Assembly (NCBI GenBank): GCA_046483985.1
Contig: JAWOCD010000050.1
Span: 1-12,963 of the forward strand
Direction of reading: 5' to 3'
Length of the DNA: 12,963 bases
Source: Promethearchaeia archaeon
GTDB taxonomy: Archaea > Asgardarchaeota > Lokiarchaeia > Sigyniarchaeales > SOKP01
Part shown: in pieces, positions 1 through 10,100 of the stretch
Layout: each line of letters begins with the position of its first letter
How positions within the stretch are numbered: the stretch's first letter is position 1
Position numbers and translations under genes: made by a program
The notes under the pieces: generated by a model
The model's database searches: none
What the model saw: the letters and a program-made list of their open reading frames with translations, nothing else
What the model was told of the DNA's origin: nothing

Positions 1-1146
1 TATCAAATCCATGCTATAATTCCTAACATCCATTAAAACTTCATTTCCTGCACGATCATAGGCATATATATAATTAAATCTTATCTCATCGTTGTCTTCT
101 TTGAGATTTAAGGCACTAGAATCAATATGTGAAATTTCAATTGTTGCATACCGAATTCCATCATCAAGATCATTATCGAACAGAAATTCCTCCCCTTCAA
201 TAATAATCTTTGTGTTTTCATCATCAATACCTGTAGTTCCAATCGGATCATCTGTAATGTTGGCAAATACATAAAATTGATCTATGCTATCAGGATCCAA
301 TTCAGTCAGCAATTCATTACCTGCCTCGTCCGTAGTTATTTGTATTTCATCCCCAATAATTGGAGCATTTCCGTCTACTGTAAAATCGTCAGTAAAGTTG
401 GTTGTTAATGTTTTATTATTCGTAATACCCGTTATAGAAGTATTAAATATCACATTTATCTCATTTCCATAGTAATCACCGCTTCGGAAATTGTCGATTT
501 CTAAGGTATAATAATCGGAATCCCATTCCATCTTATAAATAGTTGAGTTGGAAGAATATTCTTCATCGTCCCACCCACGCCCTTCTGTATTATTCCACGC
601 GGTGAGATTTAAATATGCATTATAATCTCCGGATTGATGTGTTGCTGTAACACGAAATTCAATAGAATTTGGATATTGTACATATTCTTCGGTATCAATC
701 TCAACATTTGAAATGTCCGGTTGTTCATAAAGATCGATTGAAATGAAGGTTCTTTCCGATTCTAATGGAGGATATTTGTAGCCATCTTGATCTTCGTATT
801 CAATTATTAAGTGTCCTGGTTCAATATCGTCCGTAAAGGTAGTATTTTCATCAATTGAATATGTAAGTTCCACATATGTATAGGCATCTCCTTGAGTTAA
901 CTCATAAGGTAAAGTTAGATTAGTACTCCTATCTGTAAAGAGATAATCGTAATTATTATCTCCCACGGAGAACTCATCAATATAAATATCCCTAATATGA
1001 ATATCCGTTTTATTAACTTGAATTCCGAATACAAAGGTTACGTTATCTCCAGCAAAATAAGAACCACTTCCACCTTTAGTACTATTTAGAATCACATTAC
1101 CATCTGTAGCATCGAAGGTTGCTAAACTAACATCTGGAGTTGGATT
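1..1146 (-). other. About three more divergent Ig-like domains after the repeat array; protein continues beyond the window
   Basis: Beta-strand periodicity with domain-start motifs PDISNVEI and VDGNAPII, and a terminal IYAYDRAGN strand typical of bacterial/archaeal Ig-like domains. Confidence 0.6.
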
Positions 1147-4100
1147 GACTAGTTCTATATTCTGCGACCAATCAGAGGAATTCGTATTTTGAGGTTCGGC
1201 ATTATCTGTAGCATTTATTCTCAGAGAATAATTACCCGGATTAAATCCAGTAGAATTCCATTCACCAGCATAGTTATTTCCACCCGTATTAACTAATTGA
1301 AGGGAAGCCATCCATTCAGATGTCGAACTATTCTGAATAGTTGCCCACACTTCGCTAATTTCAGAGAAATCAGAAACTTGAGCACTAATGGTAATATTAG
1401 TTACTCCAATTTCTACATCTTCGTTTGGATCAGCATTAACGGACGATATAGTCGGTGCAGTAGTATCATTTAGAGCAAAGGATGCAACATTATTCTCATA
1501 TTGCTCATTTTCAGAATTGCTGTCATCTATTGCCTTTATATCGATTACATACTCTCCTAAAGTATAGCCTTCTGACTCCCATTGACCCGTATAATTACCA
1601 TCTCCATTATCATCCATCGTTAATGTATCAATTGTATCCTCTGTGGTTGCATTCTGTAAAAGTGCGGTCACTTTATAAATACCAGATATATCGGTAACAT
1701 CACACGAAATCGTTTGAATATCCCCTAATTCTAAAGGAGCATCAGAAACTTGTGTATTCTCAATTGTTGGAGGTGTCGAATCTGATAAAGTTACACTTGC
1801 AACGTTGTCTCTGAATCTTTCATTCTGAGCAATACTATCATCAGTTGCATTAACATCAATATTATAAGTATCCTCAGAATATCCGGTAGAATTCCATTGA
1901 CATGTATAAGTGCCATCTCCAGCAGTGACATCTCCATTGGTCCCGTTATCGACTAAAGTAAGGGTTGTCGACCAAGTTCCGTTTTCAATCGTTGCATAGG
2001 CAGATTGGATACCAGAAACATCTGAGATCTCTGCCGTAATATTTACAATATCCCCGGTTGGGTCTGCGGTACTTGGAGAGACTTGGACGTTAGTCACTGA
2101 AGGAACTTTCGTATCTTCTAATGTGAACTGAGTTCCATTAATTATAGTTTTTACATTCTGAGCAATACTATCGTCAGTTGCTTCAATATCAATGGTATAG
2201 TTTCCTTCTGAATGCCCAGTAGAATTCCATTGTCCGCTATACTCTCCATTACCATCGTCAACCAATGAAATTATTTTTGAGTAGCTACCAGATTCGAGGG
2301 TTGCAGAAACATTTAATATACCCGAATAATCTGAAACATCACAGGTAATTAATTGAATATCTCCCAATTCTAAGGGGGCTTCAGATACTTGAATATTTGA
2401 AATTTGAGGTTCAGTAGTATCTCTTAATTGAAAGGTTTCGGAATTATTTTTAAATTGTTCATTCTGGTTAGAACTATCATCGATTGCCGTTATGTCAATA
2501 TAATAATTATCCCATGATTCTGATTGTCCCGAACAGTCCCAAGTATTGGTATAATTCCCATCTTCATTATTATCATAAAGGCTTAAACTTTCTATTGTTG
2601 TCTCATTTGGGTTTTGAACATCGGCAGTTACCGAAGAAATACCGGATAAATCCGAGACTTCTGCAGTAATTGTAATAACTGTCCCTGCCTCTGGATCTCC
2701 AGTATTCGGACTTGCTACGACTTTTCCGATTTCTGGATCAGTTTGATCTGAAATTGTAATATCATTATCTATATTTTCAATTTCTCTGGAATTGCCGAGG
2801 GTGTCATAACTGAGAATATCAACCGTATATGTTCCTTCGGGTTGTCCTGTAGAATTCCATTCGCCAGTATAAATGTCATCATTGTCTGGATCTGTTAAGT
2901 TCACAGTGAAGTTATCAGCCTCATCTGGTGAAGAGATAATTGCGGTGACATTTTTCACACCTGAAAGATCGGTCGCTGTCACGGAAATGTTGAATACCGT
3001 TCCAAGATCTCCACTGTCGGGAGATATTGAAGCGTCCGTTAGCGACGGACCTTCCGTGTCTTGCACTATAAATTCTGCGCCATTATCGACTGTATTAGTA
3101 TTCGAATTAGTATCTTCTGCTTCAATATCAATATAATATGTATCCAAAGATTGATCCGTAGAATTCCATTGAGTTGTCCAAATATTATCGTCAGCAACTG
3201 CATCTCCATTAGTTCCATCATCATACATAGTTAGTGTGTCAATAACGGTTTCATCGGGACTTTCAATGTATGCAGTAACGGTTTGAACGCCATCATTATC
3301 AAATACATTGCAGGTAATATTTTGAATCTCTCCAAACTCCAACGTGGCATCAGCAACTTGAACATCGGAAATGATCGGTGCATTAGTTAAATTAACATTC
3401 TTGTAATCCTCCAAATATCTGACATTATGATTTTCACTCTTATCTGTTGCATTAAAACTGATGTTATACATGCCATCAGCACGTCCACTAGTATCCCAAT
3501 CATACGTCCAGATATCATTTCCTTCGGAATCAACTAAATCATAAGTTTGTGACCATGAACCATTGGTAATAGTTATATTAGGCGTATAGATGCCAGATGC
3601 ATCGGTAATTAACGCACTAATGTTAACTGTAGTACCGGTATTGGCAAAATCTGGATTAACCTCAACATCTTTAATTGTCGGTGCAGTCTCATCAGCAACA
3701 TAAATTTCAATCTCGGTTACATTATCCATGGAATTAACATTCTGAGCAGTACTATCGTCTGTAGCATTAATATCTACATTATAGGTGCCATTATAGAAGC
3801 CAGTTGAGTCCCATTTTCCAGAGAAAACCCCATCATCTGGAGTGCTGTCAACACCCGTTCCATCATCGACTAAGACAATCGATTCGATGAAGGTTCCATT
3901 CTCGATAGTCGCATATGCCTCCAAAATTCCAGAAAGATCTGAAATTTCTGCGGTAATGGTGAAATTCGTTTCCATCGGACCCGCATTTGGACTCACATCT
4001 ACATTTTGAATGGTGGGTGCAGTTTCATCGACCAAATCAATGGTATCTTGATCTTCAGCAGAAGCGTTATTAGGTGTGTCGGCAGTATCTTGTGCCTCTA

Positions 4101-7100
4101 TATCAACATTAATAGTCATCTCTTGTGTTCCAGAAGAATTCCACGTATTGGTGTAGATATTATCACCAGCAGTTTCATCCTCATGTGTCCCATCATCATA
4201 AAGTTGGAAATCAGCAATGGAATTAGTTCCATTCTCTAAGTAAGCTCTTACCCAATTTATTCCCGAGATGTCATTCACTTCGGCAGTGATGGTAAAGACT
4301 TGGCCGGGTGAAGTTGGATCTCCGGAAGTAGGATCAACAGTTACATTGGAAATAGTGGGAGCTGTTGTATCGATAATATCGAATTGTCCCATATTATCTT
4401 CAAATGCTTCATTAGCGTTCTCATCTTGAGCTTGTATAGAGATGTTTACGGTAGATTCATCGTAAGTTGAGGAATTCCACGTATTGGTGTAGATATTATC
4501 ACCAGCAGTTTCATCCTCATGTGTCCCATCGTCATAAAGTTGGAAATCCGTAATGGCAGTTCCATCCTCTAAATAGGCTCTCACCCAAGATACATTATAA
4601 TAATCCGTAACCGTTACATTAATGGTTAAATTATGCCCCAATTCGAGCGGATCATAGTCAATATTCAAATCTGTAATCTGAGGAGCAGTATTATCCTCTA
4701 AATCGAAGGTAACTTCGCTCTGATAGTAGTTGACATTATTTACCGTATCGTTAGCTCGAATATATACGGTGTAAGTTCCTAAATCTGCACCCGTAGAATT
4801 CCACGTACCATCATATACGTCATCTGAATTTGTGTCGGTAAGTTGAACGGATTGATTATTATCGTCTAATTCAAGATCCGCCCATACTTCGTCCACTTCA
4901 GTATTATCCGTGACTTGAGCAGATATGTTAAAGACTGTCCCTTCAGGGGGAGAGGAATCTCCAGAAGCAGGATCAACATTCACGTTTGAAACAGAGGGAT
5001 CTGTTAGATCGGTAACTGATATATTATTATCGATATCGTATACTTCTTCTGTATTGTCACTTCCACTATCATCAACTGCACGAATGTCCACATAATACGT
5101 TCCTAAATCTTCGTCAGAAGAATCCCATTGACACGTATAGGTATCGTCTTCCGCGGTGACATCACCGTGAGTTCCATCATCATACATTGTTAAAGTAGCA
5201 TAAGCTGTAGGCGGGGTATCGTCGCTACCCGTCTGGATATAGGCTGTGACATTTTGAATCCCCGATAGATCGGTCACATCACTTGTAATTGTAAATATTT
5301 GACCAATTTCGCCTTCGTCCGGATCGATATTCGGCGCTGAGAGCGTCGGTCCGGTCATATCTTGTAAGGTAAATGAGGCACTATTATTATTATATTGTTC
5401 ATTTGTTTCACTACTTGCATCTCGAGCTCTGATATCCACCACATAATCTTGTAAGGTATCACCCGTTGAGTCCCATTGGCACGTATAAGTTCCATCATCG
5501 GCAGTTTTATCTCCGTGACTTCCATCATCATACATTGTTAAAGTAGCAACAGTACTTTCTTCTGCTTCATCTTGAACAAAAGCGGTCACGCTCTCAATTC
5601 CAGATGAATCTGAAACCTCGGTTGTAATGTTTTGGATATCTCCTAATTCTAAGAGATCAGCAGAAACTTGAGTGTTCTCAATTGTAGGAGCGGTTTCATC
5701 CTTTATTGTAAAAGCATCCGGTTCAGTTAATTCTCCAACATTTCCCACGGTATCTTCCGCGGTAAAATTGATGGAATAGGTGCCTTCAAGAGCTCCAGAA
5801 CAATTCCATTGAGTCGTCCAAGTATCATCTTCCGCAGTTTCATCACCATGAGTTCCGTCATCATATAGATTCACCGTATCTTGAACGATGCCATCTGGAT
5901 CTTTAAGATCTGCGGTCACCCATGCAACGCCGCTCTCATCTGTCACATCCACACTAATTGTAATATTGTCTCCGGTGTCCGGATCTCCCGTAGTTGGATC
6001 AACAGATACCGTTCCAAAGGTCGGGGGATCGCTGTCTGTAGTTCCAATTGTAATATTTTGTGCATTATCTGCAAAATTTGAAACATCTAATCCCGTTGGT
6101 ACCTCCGTTCCGTTGATTGTATAATCAATATCAAAAGTACCTTGAGGGCAATCAGCATAAATTGATACGATAAATTCAAGTTCGATTGTCTCTCCTTCGC
6201 TTAGTTGGGTCCCAATTACATCTGGGTTATTTACGGCATAATCGGTTCCTTTCGTTAATCCATTAATATCAATTTTATAGCCCGTGATCTCTGTGGTCGT
6301 GATCATGCTATTGGTAACATTCATGCTCACACGATTGTTGGTAGAGTCCCTTTCTACAGGGCTGTCTGCATAGGTATCAGAGATTGTTAAATCCGAGAAG
6401 TCTCGAATCCAAATGGTGTCCTTGGAGTCTGCCTCGGTATCGTTATTATCACCTATAATTTCCGCATCGATAAGCATCTCTCCTTGCGGTGTGGAAGCAT
6501 CTGCCTTGACATCGGAAATGGTCACCGTTTTAGATCCAGAACTCGTCACAGTCCACCCGGTACTGTCTGAAACGGGTGAGAAATGACTGGTCATATCAGA
6601 TCCTTCCCAGCTAAAATCAATAGATACCGTATCCACAGTACCAGATGCACCGCCCGTGTTTTTAATGGTGACATTCACATCAAAAGGTTCAGTGCGGTTC
6701 GCTGATACCTCGGAAGCCGAAACAGAATCAATCCAAAGGTTCGCCTCCGGATTGACATTGCTATCGTCATATGTGAAACTCATTATTGAGGAATCAACAG
6801 GACCGTTTCCTACTGCGTCATATACAGATACGTAATACTCGTATGTACTTCCATTGGACAGATCTTCAGTATCAGTATAGGAAGTTTCAGACGAGTCAAA
6901 TTCGTAGTCACTCGATGGAATTTGGTTCCAAGTTCCGCTATCAATGCGTTTAAAGAGTTCATAATGACCTATTCCAGACAGTGAGTCAAAGGCTCCGTCC
7001 CATTCGATTGGAATCTCTGCCGCATCTGGAGCGTACGGATCCGATAGATCATTAATAGTTGCTGCGAAAGGATCACTATTATCATAGATGGATGAAACTG

Positions 7101-10100
7101 GGGCTGAATAAATATCAACCGGGCCAGCACATCTAATTTTAAAGTAGTATTCCGTTCCGCTTTTCGGTGTCGAGTCCTCTGCTTGTGGATCAAAGACTGC
7201 ACTTCGAGCGTCCGAACCTAACCAATCTGTAAATGCAGTATACCCACTACTTTCTGATTCTGACCAATATGCTCGGTAATTAGTAATAACATCCGTATCT
7301 CCGGGGTTGTCCGTCCAATTAAGGGTTACAGTTGGAGTAAAATAATCGGGTAACGCGTCAGGTTGAGCTGGATTAAATTCCAGATCTATGTAAACCGAAT
7401 CAACATTTGAAGTATTTGAATGCCCTACTTTATCAAACACTTTCACATAATAACGATAATGATTTCCAGCAATTACGTTTGTATCAAGCCAAGAAGTGGT
7501 ACTATAATCATTAATGGTTTGAACCCGTGACCCGTTCCGATAAACCTCGTAATGATCTATGAGATCCTCTCGGCCGTTGTCCTCCGCACCCGACCATGTT
7601 ACTTCAGCAGAAGCCTCGTCTAATGACGGTTGGCTTGCGTTCACGGTGGGCGCAGTAGGGTCGGTATTGTCTAAATAGAATTCTTCCTCATGATACCCCA
7701 AGGGTAAACCTTCAGGCTCTATTGTAGTATTGACAATATAGCCGGATGAGGGTGGAACGCGATCAGTAGCGTTTTTCGAATCGATCACGAATGAAACATT
7801 GTATATGTAGTTAGTGGAATCAATTTGTTCTACTGTAGGTTCTGAACTCGTTAAACCATCAGTGTCAACGGAGAAGGTACTTGTGGCATAATCTCCATCG
7901 ACATCTAACCAAATATCAACTCTATCTCCATTTTTAACGTAAGGGAGGCCTCCTGGATCATCTCCGTTGATATAAATTTTACTATCCTCAAAGATTGGTC
8001 CTCCAGGATTTTCTTCGCGAGTAATTTCTAATTGATCATTCAACTGATATTTATTCCGTGCAAATTGAAGCATACAATCTTCATGCGAATAATTTCCAAA
8101 AACAGTTCGATATTGATAATCATTGGTTTTACCATTGGTATTAGAATCATGACCATAAAACGACATATCTGTAAAACCGGACTCATCTCTCCAATATGTT
8201 GACATATCTTCACTTTCTGAAAATAGGGGATAGATATCCCAATAGGGAATATTCATCCACGCTCCTCCGTAACTGGTTGAAAGATAAAACCAATTCGGGA
8301 GAGGGTTCGTATTCGGATCGCTATTTGGCGTCGTATCTCCATAAGTTCCCTCGATCGGACCTCCATCGCTCACATAATCATCGTTAGTACCATCTCCATC
8401 TGGATAAAGCGTAAGATGGTTATCGGGGGCCCAATTTGGGAATTCAGTGGATCCAGGGACTCTCCGAAAAGTCGTATCACCATAAGTGTAATTATCGGGA
8501 GAGACTCCCATCCAGATCTCAGCAGTTTCATCGTTTCGGACTGCATCTGAGAATTCCCTCCCCATCATGTAGTCGTAATAAAGGTCAATATTTACTTCAA
8601 AGTCACTACTTTCTCCCATGAGGTCAATATCCAAAGCCGTAGGATCGGTCTGAAAGAAGGAACTATAATACTTTAGTTCATCTCTCAAAACCGTATATAC
8701 TTCCTCGTATCCTATTTTACCCTCGTCCAAATCCGCAAAGATCGTTTGCAAACTTAATTTATCTAAAACAACTCTTATTGGTCCATCAATTGCTGATTTA
8801 TTATCCTCTTCGCCGAAGTGCATTTTTCCTCTTAGGTAAGGTGTCATTTCACCTTCATCCCCGTCATGGTCGGCTGCGTCAGGATTCGTAGCTTGACCAG
8901 CGAAATCTACGTATTCACCTGAATCGTCTGTTGTATGCTCTTGACTTACCCCGGAGATATCATCATTTGTCCGATGGGCGTTTGTATCATCGGTATCTTG
9001 CCCCGGAAACGAGGTGGGCATTCCATTTCCAGATAGATCGAAATCGCATGTTAAACCGTATCCGATTGCATTTTTCTGTTCATCATAAACCGTATCATCT
9101 CTTTCCCACCATCCTTCCCGCCAGACCTCAGTGTCTCCGTCTTCATTAACCGGATCACATAGGTCTGAATTCTCATAGTAGACTTGAAAATATGTACTTA
9201 CATATTGTTTATTCATCGATTCAATAAGCGTTTCTGATTCACCTATTCCAGGCCATTTAATCTTGACAGAATCGCTTAAATCAGTATTGGAAGTGTCTAA
9301 TTGTTCTTCGTATGTATCTGCAGTTATCTTTTTAGTTTTACCATCCCATGATACATGATCCTCGTTCTTATGAGGACCAGATGAGGGAATATAATAATTT
9401 GCGTCATCCCCCGTTGGGGGATTTTCCATATTTTCCTTATTATAATAGATATACATCCAGCTTTGGCCGCCATCAACGGGATCGTTAATTTTTACCCGAT
9501 ATCGGTTCGGATATTCCTCATGATTCCACCACGAATGTTCGCTTGCTCTTTTTCCGTTATAGGCATAAAAAGTAAGTTCATCATCCCAATCAATGCGATG
9601 TTCTAATTGCTCTTTTTTCATCCCGGGTGCCTCTTGGGTTGCAGTTTCGTCTTTACTGCCCGGAAAGTTTCTTGGATCGGGTTTTAATTCCGTGAGGTCA
9701 TCTATCATTGCGCCTTGATCGTTTTTTGTCTCATATTTACGGGCTTCATAAACACTCATATTTGTCGCCCATTCAGTCGGTTCTTCATATTCCCACTGTG
9801 ACGCCGAAGGAGAAGTTAAATTTGTTTTATAACCGTCAATATGTTTTCCCGCATACCCGTGTTTATAATCGTAAAAGATCATATTCGATAAATCAATATC
9901 ATTTACCTCACCACACCCTCCCCAAATATTTGCGGAAATATCCGCTTGCATTCCTAATCCCGTTGTATATGTTCGAAAAAATGCTTTTTCGTCAAGTTGG
10001 TATGGTACTGTAACCCATTCATTATTAGCAGAGTAGTATGCAATTCGTATATTATCCCTGTGAAGTCCGTGTAAGAAACCATCACCATCAAATGCGCCAC

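Noticed and set aside
4136-4548. 77-bp repeat pair as a DGR template/variable repeat
   Set aside because: There is only one, synonymous, mismatch (T/C on the coding strand). Both copies are in-frame inside Ig repeats in mid-protein, and no reverse transcriptase is in the window.
1193-5810. Periodic gaattcca / agaattccat motif every few hundred bases, suggestive of a CRISPR or DNA repeat array
   Set aside because: It is the reverse complement of the codons for the conserved W-N-S motif. The spacing equals the protein repeat length and is far too long for CRISPR spacers, and no cas genes are present.
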